NCBI GenBank assembly: GCA_051744825.1 | Contig: JBNJDL010000001.1 | Span: 1 to 60,475, forward strand | Origin: Bacillota bacterium | GTDB taxonomy: Bacteria > Bacillota > Halanaerobiia > Halanaerobiales > DATFIM01 | Direction: 5' to 3' | DNA: 60,475 bases | In this document: positions 42,062 through 51,125 of the stretch, piece after piece | Layout: each line of letters starts with the position of its first letter | Position numbering within the stretch: the first letter of the stretch is position 1 | Translations under genes and position numbers: made by a program | The notes under the pieces: generated by a model | Told to the model about the DNA's origin: nothing | Databases searched by the model: none | What the model saw: only the letters and a program-made list of their open reading frames with translations

Positions 42062-42091
42062 TTTTTTAAAGAAGGGGGAACTTAATCCCCC
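42062..42091 (-). terminator. Hairpin / partial terminator after the major tail protein genes
   Basis: Minus strand: GGGGGA-UUAAGU-UCCCCC followed by UUCUUUAAAAAA. Confidence 0.45.
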
Positions 42092-42101
42092 AGTATTTAT
42101 T

Positions 42102-42551
42102 TTAAGCTAATGTTGGTTGTCCAGTAACTTTTAATGTTAAGCTTGCACTTAATTTATCATCATGTGGAGCGCTAGGCTCAAATCCAGTTACAATAGCATC
42201 AAAATTCCAAGTTGTTGCGCCAGAGTTTGAAAAGACTAATTCATAATTCTTTTTAGCTCCGCCATCTAACTCTCCTAACATTCCAGAAGCAGAACTATGA
42301 GTAGATTCATCTGGAACATAATTAATATCAAAAGTCACTTCGCCACTTCTTAAGACTGTAACTACATGTTCTTCCCATCCGCCTTCATTTACAAAGGAAT
42401 CATGAGAAGTAACATCAGAAGTGTCAGCTGATAAACCTGGACCAGTTATATCAACAACCTCAGCGATTGTAGTATAAGTAGTTCCAGAAGTTCCAGCTTG
42501 ATCACCTAATTTTAATAATGTTCCACCAGCAGCTATTCCATTACTTGCCAA
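42102..42551 (-). CDS. Major tail protein, paralog 2
   Basis: Lies before the chaperones. Shares long blocks with 42567..43055 (VDITGPGLS.DTSD, GWEEHV.TVLRSGEVTFD.NYVP, VTGFEPS.PHDDK.SAS.TLK.TGQPTL). Confidence 0.7.
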   Translation of the reverse strand: MASNGIAAGGTLLKLGDQAGTSGTTYTTIAEVVDITGPGLSADTSDVTSHDSFVNEGGWEEHVVTVLRSGEVTFDINYVPDESTHSSASGMLGELDGGAKKNYELVFSNSGATTWNFDAIVTGFEPSAPHDDKLSASLTLKVTGQPTLA

Positions 42552-42566
42552 TTTATATCACCTCTC

Positions 42567-43055
42567 TTAATTTAAAGTAGGTTGCCCGGTTATTTTCAAT
42601 GTCACACTTGCACTTGACTTATCATCATGAGGATTTGAAGGCTCAAAACCTGTAACAAAAGCATCAAATTGCCATTGAGTATTTGATAAATCAGTAAATG
42701 TGATTTGAAATCCATTTTTAGTTCTATTATTTAACATATATAATAGTCCAGGGGCTTCACCTGAGCCAACAGTTGTGCTTCCTGAAGAATTATTTTGAGT
42801 CGTATTTGAAGGAACATAATTTAAATCAAAAGTAACTTCTCCAGACCTTAAAACTGTTGCAACATGTTCTTCCCAACCATTCTCAGTTGTAAAAGAATCA
42901 TGATTTGTAATATCAGAAGTATCAGATGAAAGTCCTGGACCAGTAATATCTACTATTTCAGCAATATCACTATAACCAGAACTAGCACCAGACCCTTCTT
43001 CAATATATTTTGCGCTTAAAATTGTTCCACCTGCAGCTAAACCTTTAGAAGCCAT
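42567..43055 (-). CDS. Major tail protein, paralog 1
   Basis: Same blocks as 42102..42551, plus a Ser/Gly/Thr-rich insertion (NNSSGSTTVGSGEAPG). Confidence 0.7.
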   Translation of the reverse strand: MASKGLAAGGTILSAKYIEEGSGASSGYSDIAEIVDITGPGLSSDTSDITNHDSFTTENGWEEHVATVLRSGEVTFDLNYVPSNTTQNNSSGSTTVGSGEAPGLLYMLNNRTKNGFQITFTDLSNTQWQFDAFVTGFEPSNPHDDKSSASVTLKITGQPTLN

Positions 43056-43070
43056 TTAATCACCTCTCTC

Positions 43071-43460
43071 TTACATCATAAGTTCAAAATTGATTGACCA
43101 CTCTGGCCTATTATTTTCATCATAACCTAACCAGATTGGCTCTCCAACCGCTATCACTTGTTTATATAAATTCTCATTCATGTTTTCTAAATATAATTTA
43201 TGAAGATTATCGTAAACATCTTCAGCTAATTCTCTTGTATCAACATAACTATTTTTAGTGCCTCTAATCCTTACTTGGACGGTTGGATATTTTAATCCCT
43301 GCTCATCTGAATTCAATAAATTTTGTTCAGCCATTCCGCCAGTATCAAAAAAAGTAATAACTTTATCTGGCTCAGTAGGTATTTTCCCAAGTCTAGTCTC
43401 AACAGTTTTTGTAGTCATATCCGAATAATATTCTAATAAATCATTAGCGGGATCTATCAT
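43071..43460 (-). CDS. Putative tail completion/terminator protein
   Basis: Assigned by position between the gp10-like gene and the major tail protein genes. Confidence 0.35.
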   Translation of the reverse strand: MIDPANDLLEYYSDMTTKTVETRLGKIPTEPDKVITFFDTGGMAEQNLLNSDEQGLKYPTVQVRIRGTKNSYVDTRELAEDVYDNLHKLYLENMNENLYKQVIAVGEPIWLGYDENNRPEWSINFELMM

Positions 43461-43828
43461 ACAATTAACTCACCTCTAATCGCAGCAAGAACTTGTTTTT
43501 CTTTTGCCTTCAGCGCTTTTTCTAGGAATTTAGCTTCTCCAACTATATGCCTATTTTCTGTTTTTTCATGAACATGAATTGCATAATTAGAAGTGTATCC
43601 TATTTCAGCACCTGGCCCTCTACTAGTTTTGAGTGGTCTAGTATAAGTCCCAGCTTTTAAATTTCCAGTATCAACTGGAGTTCTTTTTTTAGATTCTCTT
43701 TCAATAATAAGTGCAGCTTTATAAACTCCTTGTTCCGACATATTTTTAATATCATCTATTTTTTCATTTAAGTTCTGTAATACATTTTGCAAACCTGTCA
43801 ATTTATAACTATAACCTTTAGGAGCCAT
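43457..43828 (-). CDS. HK97 gp10-like head-tail joining protein
   Basis: KKRTPVDTGNLK is the family hallmark (P.DTG.L). Confidence 0.6.
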   Translation of the reverse strand: MAPKGYSYKLTGLQNVLQNLNEKIDDIKNMSEQGVYKAALIIERESKKRTPVDTGNLKAGTYTRPLKTSRGPGAEIGYTSNYAIHVHEKTENRHIVGEAKFLEKALKAKEKQVLAAIRGELIV

Positions 43829-44152
43829 TTACAACAACACCTTATATTGATATTTATCTCCTTTTATTGAAGGAATTTTATCAACCTTTTTTATTTCATA
43901 AGCATTGGAAATGTCAGTTCCAGAATGTTCCCCCTCCTGAATATATTCTTCAGCTGATAAAATTTGATTAACAAAAATAACAGCCTCTGAAACTTTTTCA
44001 TTTCCTTCAGCATCTTTATATAATTCTTTTTTATCTTCCCATCTACAGTTTAATATAACAGGAGATTTAATATTGGGATTGGAGAATTTATCAAACCCTG
44101 AAGTTCCCCAATATGTTAATTTTTGGTTAAGCATATTAGAATACCAGCTCAA
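43829..44152 (-). CDS. Head-tail adaptor candidate
   Basis: Assigned by position. TTG 44152 after GAAGGTGA is the likely start. Confidence 0.35.
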   Translation of the reverse strand: MSWYSNMLNQKLTYWGTSGFDKFSNPNIKSPVILNCRWEDKKELYKDAEGNEKVSEAVIFVNQILSAEEYIQEGEHSGTDISNAYEIKKVDKIPSIKGDKYQYKVLL

Positions 44153-44153
44153 A

Positions 44154-44525
44154 TTAATCACCTTCACTCATCACATTAAATACTGGTTTTTTAAGACCTA
44201 GCTTTGAAAGAGTTCCTGTTGTATCTAATAATTTAACTTGTTGTCCATATTCAGTAGAGTCTAATCCTAATCCTTTTTTATTAGTATCAAATTTCACACT
44301 TGCGTCTCCCATAGATTCTTGAGATATTCTTTTATCACTAACAGCAACTAGATGAGCAGATAGCCACCTTTCAATCTCTTTTAGTAATTCATCGCCTAAG
44401 GCAGAACTACCTAATTTATTAGTTACAATAAGATTAGCTGCTGTTATAAATGGGTCAACAGTTATTTCTGTATTTATTATTTCTTTTACCTCATCAGAAG
44501 TTACCCTATTGGACATAAGTTTCAT
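44154..44525 (-). CDS. Head-tail connector (gp6-like) candidate
   Basis: Position after the capsid genes, and the pattern LLKEIERWLSAHLVA. Confidence 0.4.
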   Translation of the reverse strand: MKLMSNRVTSDEVKEIINTEITVDPFITAANLIVTNKLGSSALGDELLKEIERWLSAHLVAVSDKRISQESMGDASVKFDTNKKGLGLDSTEYGQQVKLLDTTGTLSKLGLKKPVFNVMSEGD

Positions 44526-44928
44526 CTCCAGAATCTAACCTGATATTTATAATTTCTAAAGCCTCATCTTTTCTAACTTTCTTTTCCATGTGAGGTAGAT
44601 CATACCAATTAGTGGAAGTTTTATATTGCTCAACATATTTTTCTATATTATCTTTAGTGACATCATCAAAAAGGATTAATTCATCTTCTTCATTAGTTTC
44701 TTCGTTTGTTTCTTCATTTGTTTCTTTATTAATTTCTTCAACTTCTTCTTCAACTGATTTTTCTTCTATTTCTTCAACTTCTTTTACTTCACCTAATTTT
44801 TCAAATCTGTCAGGCCATTTTTCATAATGTTTTAAAGGAAGATTTTCAATAGTGTCTCCAGCTTCATACCTAACTCTTTTGCCATCTTCTTTTAATGAAT
44901 GTCTACCACTTTTTAACTTAACTCTCAT
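44506..44928 (-). CDS. Hypothetical acidic protein with NEET repeats
   Basis: ORF after the capsid terminator. Contains NKETNEETNEETNEE. Confidence 0.5.
   Translation of the reverse strand: MRVKLKSGRHSLKEDGKRVRYEAGDTIENLPLKHYEKWPDRFEKLGEVKEVEEIEEKSVEEEVEEINKETNEETNEETNEEDELILFDDVTKDNIEKYVEQYKTSTNWYDLPHMEKKVRKDEALEIINIRLDSGDETYVQ
44696..44731. repeat. Tandem 12-nt repeat (GTTTCTTCNTTT x3) encoding NEET repeats
   Basis: Direct reading of the sequence. Confidence 0.7.
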
Positions 44929-44950
44929 TTTACCACTCCTTTTTTAAATC

Positions 44951-44987
44951 TTAAATAAAACCGAGGAGGTAGGAGGGGGTTACCTCC
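44951..44987 (-). terminator. Hairpin/terminator after the major capsid gene
   Basis: Minus strand: GGAGGUA-9 nt-UACCUCC followed by UCGGUUUUAUUU. Confidence 0.55.
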
Positions 44988-45020
44988 CCAGCAATATTAT
45001 AATAAAGCTAATCATCTAAC

Positions 45021-45986
45021 TTAGCTATAATAAACAATTCCTTGATTTCCATCATCATCAGATTTTACTCTTGGAGCTAAAGCAGACATAACTTTAAAGT
45101 AAACCATCATGCCGGAGCCGTGCTCCCAATCAACAGTTGTAACATCTTGACCAATACTTAAATCAACAACATCTGGAGTCATCTGAACTAATAGTCCATC
45201 AGTATCTCCTAATGAATCAGCAGTTTTAACATTATTGATTTGGTCAAGTTGCAAGATTCTACTTCTCTTAGTTTGGCCAGATCCATCAGAATAAACTATT
45301 CTTGACCAAGCGGAATTCTGCTTGCCAATATATAGATTGAATGGACCATAATATTTATTATCTTCAGCATCAGCAATCATATCTAAAACATCTAAATATG
45401 GGTCTGTGCCTGAGCCACTCCAACTTGAAATAGATCCAGTGTTAGAAGTATCAGTTAAACCATTAATAGAATTCCCATCAATATTATAACTAACACCATT
45501 AAGGATTAAGTCTTCAATTTTTTCAGCTACTTTTCTTGCAGCAGTTGCCGCTTGAGTTGTATCTATTGTAGCCCCCATTTTTCTTGAAGCTTGTAACCTT
45601 CTGATATTAATTCTAAAATCTTTATGAATTATTGGAATTGGAACACTAACTGTGGAGAATGTAACGTCATCTTCTTCACCTGGACTAACTCCAGCCATAT
45701 CAAGGTTAGCGTCACTCATATCAGATTGTTTTTCATACTGGTCTACAGTAGTTCCTAAACCACCTAAATTTCTTACAAGTCCAGCATTTCTTAAATCATC
45801 AGCAACAACAAGTCTACTTCTTGCAACATCAATTACTGTCTCATCTAACATTTTCCATTCATCTTGTCTCAAAACCCTATTAGTTTTCAAGGCGTCAATA
45901 TTCATACTATTAGCAATAAGTTTTTCAATTGCTCCGCCTTGCATATTCTCTAAGTTCTGAGAATTTGTAATTTTAGCTTCGCTCAT
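45021..45986 (-). CDS. Major capsid protein
   Basis: 321 aa, after the scaffold and decoration-like genes and followed by a strong hairpin. Assigned by position and size. Confidence 0.7.
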   Translation of the reverse strand: MSEAKITNSQNLENMQGGAIEKLIANSMNIDALKTNRVLRQDEWKMLDETVIDVARSRLVVADDLRNAGLVRNLGGLGTTVDQYEKQSDMSDANLDMAGVSPGEEDDVTFSTVSVPIPIIHKDFRINIRRLQASRKMGATIDTTQAATAARKVAEKIEDLILNGVSYNIDGNSINGLTDTSNTGSISSWSGSGTDPYLDVLDMIADAEDNKYYGPFNLYIGKQNSAWSRIVYSDGSGQTKRSRILQLDQINNVKTADSLGDTDGLLVQMTPDVVDLSIGQDVTTVDWEHGSGMMVYFKVMSALAPRVKSDDDGNQGIVYYS

Positions 45987-45987
45987 A

Positions 45988-46419
45988 TTATATCACCTCT
46001 ATTTTAATTCTATCATTACTACCAGTGGAACCAGTAGTTGCTTCAATAACTTGTCCAACTATACTTTCACCATCAGCGCCAGTTGTTGTGTAAGCTTGTA
46101 GATAGCCGGAGCCATCAGAAGCTAACATATCCCCAACACTATAAGATGTAGCACCAGAAGTTAATAGTGCATTAATTTCGTCGCCAGGTTTACAGAATAA
46201 AAATTTAACTCTGTCTCCATCAGCATAATCAGTGTCAATTCCTTCACCCATATAATCTTCATTATCGGCGAATATTTTAGCAGCATTTCCATTAGCACTA
46301 GAATGAGCTTTAACAGTGCCATTTGAAGTTCTTTCTAACAACATCCCAGGAGTTACTGCACCAGAAGCTTCAGCTTCCTTGGATATTGGACTTCCTTTTA
46401 ATAAAATCTTATTAGCCAT
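45988..46419 (-). CDS. Head decoration-like / DUF2190-like protein
   Basis: 143 aa, Gly/Ala/Ser-rich, located between scaffold and capsid. Confidence 0.35.
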   Translation of the reverse strand: MANKILLKGSPISKEAEASGAVTPGMLLERTSNGTVKAHSSANGNAAKIFADNEDYMGEGIDTDYADGDRVKFLFCKPGDEINALLTSGATSYSVGDMLASDGSGYLQAYTTTGADGESIVGQVIEATTGSTGSNDRIKIEVI

Positions 46420-47822
46420 TATTGATCATCTCCTTTATCTTTTTTGTTGAAGAATAAACCAGGACTCTTATATTCTTTTTCTTCATTTGTTTTATGGCCT
46501 GGTCTGCCAGAATAATCAGCAGCTTCTTCATTTATTTTAGCTAATTTTTTAAGACTATTTAAAGACATTCCTTCTAAGTCTTCTTCCTCAAAGTCAAGCG
46601 CTTCATTTTCAATAACCTCTTTTTTAGTATCAGCTATTTCTTCTTCTAACTCTTTTTCGGCCTGTTTTTTATTTTCAATCATTTCTTCTAATTCTTCTTC
46701 AGTAATATCATAATTTTCTTTTAACAAGTCTTTGAATTCCACTGTTTCTTCTTCATCTCCTTCATCATTAGTTTTAGGATTTTCATCCTCTTCATCTTCT
46801 TCAGAATTTGAGCAATTAATTGATAAGCCTTCTTCGATGGTTTTTAATTGATTCTCATTAAAACCTTTCAAAGTTTCTTCATCAAATTCATTGCATTCAT
46901 ATTCTGAAATCTTTGTAATTAATTCATCTTTCATATTTTCACCTCTTGTTTTAAAATTATTTTTAATAAACTCTTTTAACTCATCTAACTTTTGAGCTAT
47001 TATATTTTGACTCTCATCATTAGCTTTAGGATTTTCACCTTCTTCATCTTCATTATTATTAGCTTTATAATGATTGACTTTCATAGTTCCACACCCATCT
47101 TCTAAACTACAAGCACCTTTTTGAGAAGGTAGTAAAGCTAAATGGTCTGGCCTAATATTTCTTTGAACGCCATTATACTTAATTCCTTCATGAGTTCCTT
47201 CTACCATTTCAACATCACTAAAATAAGCAGTTGAAACATCCATTGGCTCATGATTTTTAAGTTTATTTAGGGCTTCTTTTATGTCATCATTATTTTCAGC
47301 TAATTTTTCAGCTTTATTTATTTCTACCCAGATTTCACCTTTTAGTTTATTATCTTCCCAATTTACATTGTAGAATCTACCTATGACTTCAGAATCAATA
47401 ACTTCTTTATGTCTGGAACTAACATTTTTACCCATTCTTTCCGGGTGCATTACTGGAACAGGAACATCATTCCAAACATCAATATAAGTATTCAATTCTT
47501 CTTTGGGAGCAAATTGCCCATTTAAAACTTGCTCTCTTACAGCAACAACCGGGACTACTAAATAATCAATCCCATCTTTTGTAACTTCTTTGACTTTATC
47601 ACTATTTAAGCTATGAATTATAATTGTATTTTGATTCATATTTTCAATCACCCCATTTGCAGTTTTAATAGCTTTTGCTTCACATTTTTCTTGTTCACCT
47701 CCACCTTGAAGACATTCTTCTAAAATAGAGTTTGCAACACTTTTCCATCTTTCTTTTTGCTTTCGGTTTAAACCTTTTTTAAATTTATCAACATCAGAAA
47801 CTTCCCATGGCAATTTTACCAC
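46419..47822 (-). CDS. Scaffolding or prohead-maturation protein (DUF2213-like N-domain, acidic repeated C-half)
   Basis: Lies before the capsid. N-domain block VPVMHPE...EVIGRFYNV...RPDHLALLP. Two nucleotide repeats of about 39 nt (46762..46800 and 47014..47052) encode EDEE.ENPK.NDE. Confidence 0.5.
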   Translation of the reverse strand: MVKLPWEVSDVDKFKKGLNRKQKERWKSVANSILEECLQGGGEQEKCEAKAIKTANGVIENMNQNTIIIHSLNSDKVKEVTKDGIDYLVVPVVAVREQVLNGQFAPKEELNTYIDVWNDVPVPVMHPERMGKNVSSRHKEVIDSEVIGRFYNVNWEDNKLKGEIWVEINKAEKLAENNDDIKEALNKLKNHEPMDVSTAYFSDVEMVEGTHEGIKYNGVQRNIRPDHLALLPSQKGACSLEDGCGTMKVNHYKANNNEDEEGENPKANDESQNIIAQKLDELKEFIKNNFKTRGENMKDELITKISEYECNEFDEETLKGFNENQLKTIEEGLSINCSNSEEDEEDENPKTNDEGDEEETVEFKDLLKENYDITEEELEEMIENKKQAEKELEEEIADTKKEVIENEALDFEEEDLEGMSLNSLKKLAKINEEAADYSGRPGHKTNEEKEYKSPGLFFNKKDKGDDQ

Positions 47823-47829
47823 CTTCTAA

Positions 47830-48453
47830 TTAGCTACCATATTTTTCTTCATAAAGGAACATTCTAAAATATACATCAACTGCATCATCGGCAGAACTTA
47901 TATTTAAGATTTTTATATGATAATAAGAATCATTTTTTGTTACTATTTCTTCATTAGGATTTTGACTTAATTCCCCTGATGTAACTTGATTCCCAGCTGA
48001 ATTTCCTTTAATTTCAAAACTATGCCATGAACTACCGGAAGTGCCTGTAAATGAAACTCCGCTAGTCCTTAATTCAGATTTTGCCGGATTGTTAATATTG
48101 TCATTTAAATTATTAATATCTAAAAGTTCACTACCAGAATTTGTTATATTAGAACCACTAAAACTATTTTTTATTTCAACTCTTAAACTAGCCCCTAATC
48201 CATTTAATCCGATATTTTTTATATGATTATATTTATCAACCCCTGTTTTTAATAACAAACTTTTAGAACTTCCTGCTGTTAAACTTGGAATTTTAAATTC
48301 TGTTTGATAGCCGATTCCTCTATGGATATATGAATGATCAGTGTTGATATTATTCATGGCTTCTGTTATTTTATCAGCTTTTAGTCTGACAGGATTGCCC
48401 TCGTCATCAAAACTATATAAATAAAATTCTCCTCTTCCATCATCATTAGGCAT
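47830..48453 (-). CDS. Hypothetical Ser/Thr/Asn/Gly-rich beta protein (virion module)
   Basis: First ORF after terminator 48473..48508. No motif. Confidence 0.5.
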   Translation of the reverse strand: MPNDDGRGEFYLYSFDDEGNPVRLKADKITEAMNNINTDHSYIHRGIGYQTEFKIPSLTAGSSKSLLLKTGVDKYNHIKNIGLNGLGASLRVEIKNSFSGSNITNSGSELLDINNLNDNINNPAKSELRTSGVSFTGTSGSSWHSFEIKGNSAGNQVTSGELSQNPNEEIVTKNDSYYHIKILNISSADDAVDVYFRMFLYEEKYGS

Positions 48454-48472
48454 TTATATCATCCCTTTCACT

Positions 48473-48508
48473 AAAAAAGACCTACCACTTTATTTATTGT
48501 AGTAGGCC
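48473..48508 (-). terminator. Rho-independent terminator closing the cargo cassette
   Basis: Minus strand: GGCCUACUAC-AAUAAAUAAA-GUGGUAGGUC followed by UUUUUU. Confidence 0.8.
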
Positions 48509-48527
48509 TTCAAGAGGCTCAGCTATA

Positions 48528-48683
48528 TTAACTTGGATTTACAACAAATTCTTTTTCAAAACTTCCGCCTGATGTCACATAATTCATTTCGCCACATCTT
48601 GGACATTTTATTTCTATGTTACCTCTAAGCTTTTTAAAATCAAACAATCTTTTATTACAATTTTCACACCTAAATTCAATCAT
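48528..48683 (-). CDS. Com-like zinc-finger protein (51 aa)
   Basis: MIEFRCENCNKRLFDFKKLRGNIEIKCPRCGEMNY parallels the phage Mu Com pattern (C.NCNK.LF....IEI.CPRC). Its start overlaps the cytidylyltransferase stop. Confidence 0.55.
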   Translation of the reverse strand: MIEFRCENCNKRLFDFKKLRGNIEIKCPRCGEMNYVTSGGSFEKEFVVNPS

Positions 48684-49374
48684 TGGTTTCCCTCTCCTTT
48701 AACAAAACTTCAGCTATTTTAAAATCTTTTATATTATCTACATCATGATCTGAATATTTATCTACTTTTAATGCTAAACAATCTTCTAACATATTATAAT
48801 ATTTTATATCTCTTTTAGTTTTATAAATCATAATTGTGAAATTGGTCCAATAAGTTTTGTCGTATTTATAAAAGTGACTTTGGTATTTATCTAATGGAAC
48901 AATCTTATTATTTTTAACTTTAAAAGCATGAGTATAAAGAGAATGATATAATTCAGAAACAGTTATTAATTTATTAGCTGTATTATTTTTAATCATTTCC
49001 AAACCTCTATTAATATCTTGCCATTTTACTAATGGTGAGGTTGGTGCGATAACTGTGTGATAGCACGGTGTATAGCCTTCTTCTTTGTTAAGGTTATACA
49101 ATACATTCTCAACTACTTTATCTACTGTAACAGCCCCATTAGCGAGCTCTGCGGGCCTATCCATCACTTCATAGCCGTAGTTTTCGCCGATTTCTTTTAT
49201 TTCATCATCTTCAGTGCTGATTATTATTCTATCTATATTAGATTTTTTCATCGCCTCAGCTACCCAAATCATCATAGGTTTGCCATTAAGCATTTTTATA
49301 TTCTTTCTTTTTAGCCTTTGGCTTCCGCCTCTTGCTGGTATTATTCCTAAAGTTTCGCTGTTATTTTTGACCAT
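48676..49374 (-). CDS. Nonulosonic-acid-type cytidylyltransferase (NeuA/PseF/LegF family)
   Basis: N-terminal GIIPARGGSQRLKRKNI signature. About 230 aa. Confidence 0.75.
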   Translation of the reverse strand: MVKNNSETLGIIPARGGSQRLKRKNIKMLNGKPMMIWVAEAMKKSNIDRIIISTEDDEIKEIGENYGYEVMDRPAELANGAVTVDKVVENVLYNLNKEEGYTPCYHTVIAPTSPLVKWQDINRGLEMIKNNTANKLITVSELYHSLYTHAFKVKNNKIVPLDKYQSHFYKYDKTYWTNFTIMIYKTKRDIKYYNMLEDCLALKVDKYSDHDVDNIKDFKIAEVLLKERETND

Positions 49375-49399
49375 CTAAAGTGGTTCCCTCCTTAAAAAA

Positions 49400-49473
49400 A
49401 TGTGAGTTTTTAATTTTGGACGAATAATTTTTGATTCTATAGGCTATATAATAAAGGGGCCTGCGGGGAAGAG
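49400..49473 (+). promoter_or_regulatory. Promoter/operator-like element, family 3 copy c2 (plus orientation, antisense to flanking genes)
   Basis: ATGTGAGTTTTTAATTTTGGACGAATAATTTTTGATTCTATAGGCTATATAATAAAGGGGCCTGCGGGGAAGAG. Confidence 0.45.
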
Positions 49474-49477
49474 TGTA

Positions 49478-50263
49478 TTATTTTTTTATCCCGCTAAGGT
49501 TAACTTTACCTAAAAATTGACTGCTAAATACTAAAAATATAATTATCATTGGAATCGAAGCGAATACAGATCCAGCCATTATTAATTGTATTCTTTGGTC
49601 AAATTGTTGTTGTAAAGAAGCAACTGCTAAAGGCAAAGTATTCATCTCAGAAGTCCTTATCATAATTAAATGCCAAAAATAATCATTATAACTTTTTATA
49701 AAAGTAAATATTGCTAACGCTGTGATTGATGATTTAGAAAGCGGTATTATTATTTTATAAAATATCTTAAATTCACTTGCCCCATCAATTCTAGCAGCGT
49801 CTATAACTTCTGAAGGAATTGTTTTTATTGATTGCCTCATTAAAAATACTCCAAACGGCCAAGCTAATGTTGGAAGTATTAAACCTAAATAATTATTAAT
49901 CATTCCAAAGTTTTTCATCATCTGAAATAAAGGAACTATTATCGCTTGTTTAGGAATTGCCATTGTTCCAATCATTATTATTAATATTATATTTGCTCCC
50001 GGAATTTTTAATTTACTTAAACTATAACCTGCCATAGTTGAAAATATACACATTAAAATTGTTGTGACTACAGCTATAAATATTGAATTAAAATTCCATC
50101 TTAAAAAATTATCTAAACCCAGGAGCTCTTTGTAATTTTCTAAAGTAAATTTATTTGGTATTAATTTTAAATCAGCTTTTTCAGGTTGAACTGAAGTTGC
50201 TAACATCCAAATCATAGGGGATATAAAAACTAATGCTATTAATATTATAAACAGTTTTTTCAT
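49478..50263 (-). CDS. ABC transporter permease (CUT1/MalG-like)
   Basis: Six hydrophobic segments and an EAA loop (IDAARIDGASEFKIFYKIIIPL). The start is set at ATG 50263 after AAGGAGGGGAAT. Confidence 0.8.
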   Translation of the reverse strand: MKKLFIILIALVFISPMIWMLATSVQPEKADLKLIPNKFTLENYKELLGLDNFLRWNFNSIFIAVVTTILMCIFSTMAGYSLSKLKIPGANIILIIMIGTMAIPKQAIIVPLFQMMKNFGMINNYLGLILPTLAWPFGVFLMRQSIKTIPSEVIDAARIDGASEFKIFYKIIIPLSKSSITALAIFTFIKSYNDYFWHLIMIRTSEMNTLPLAVASLQQQFDQRIQLIMAGSVFASIPMIIIFLVFSSQFLGKVNLSGIKK

Positions 50264-50273
50264 ATTCCCCTCC

Positions 50274-51125
50274 TTAATATTCAAAATCTGATTTTAAAAA
50301 TCTATATTGGAATACAGTTAATATAGTTACTATAACTAACAATATTGATCCCATAGTTGAGGCTAATCCATATTCATTAAATTGGAATACTGTTTTATAT
50401 AATTGAAATGCAATTGTTGATGTTTTATAATATGGGCCTCCTCCAGTTAATAACTGAATTATTACAAATACATTAAAAGCCCCAATAGTCCTAACTATCA
50501 TTAAATATAGTATAGTAGGTTTTATTAGTGGAATTGTTATATAATAAATTCTTTGCAGCCAATTAATCCCATCAATTTCAGCCGCTTCATAATACTCTTC
50601 AGGAATATTATTTATAGCTCCTGTTAAAAGTATAATTGGCTGGCCAACTGCTATATAAATTAAAACTAATATTAAGCTGTAAATCGCTATATTAGAGTTT
50701 CCTAAAAAATCTATATTCAAGCCGAATACATTATTGATTAATCCATTATAAGAATATATCATTTTCCATGTCAAGAATATTGAAACTCCACTTGCTATAT
50801 GAGGCAAATAAAATAAACTTAAATATAGATATTGTTTTTTGAGTTCAGCTATAATTAATGATATTGCTAAACTAAATATTAAAACTAAAGGAGTTGAAAT
50901 AAATACAAATAATAAAGTATTTTTTATTGATTGTATAAAAATTGAATCAGTAAACAAATTTATATAATTATTAAATCCTACAAACTCAAATGTTGTTAAA
51001 TTGTATATAAAGAAACTATTATATATTGTCTTAAATATAGGATACAACAAAAACATAGAATATATTATAAGGGATGGGAGAAGCAGTAAATAACCTGCTC
51101 CCCACCTTTTTATTTTATTTTTCAT
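50274..51125 (-). CDS. ABC transporter permease (CUT1/MalF-like)
   Basis: Multi-TM protein with an EAA loop (YEAAEIDGINWLQRIYYITIPL). Confidence 0.8.
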   Translation of the reverse strand: MKNKIKRWGAGYLLLLPSLIIYSMFLLYPIFKTIYNSFFIYNLTTFEFVGFNNYINLFTDSIFIQSIKNTLLFVFISTPLVLIFSLAISLIIAELKKQYLYLSLFYLPHIASGVSIFLTWKMIYSYNGLINNVFGLNIDFLGNSNIAIYSLILVLIYIAVGQPIILLTGAINNIPEEYYEAAEIDGINWLQRIYYITIPLIKPTILYLMIVRTIGAFNVFVIIQLLTGGGPYYKTSTIAFQLYKTVFQFNEYGLASTMGSILLVIVTILTVFQYRFLKSDFEY

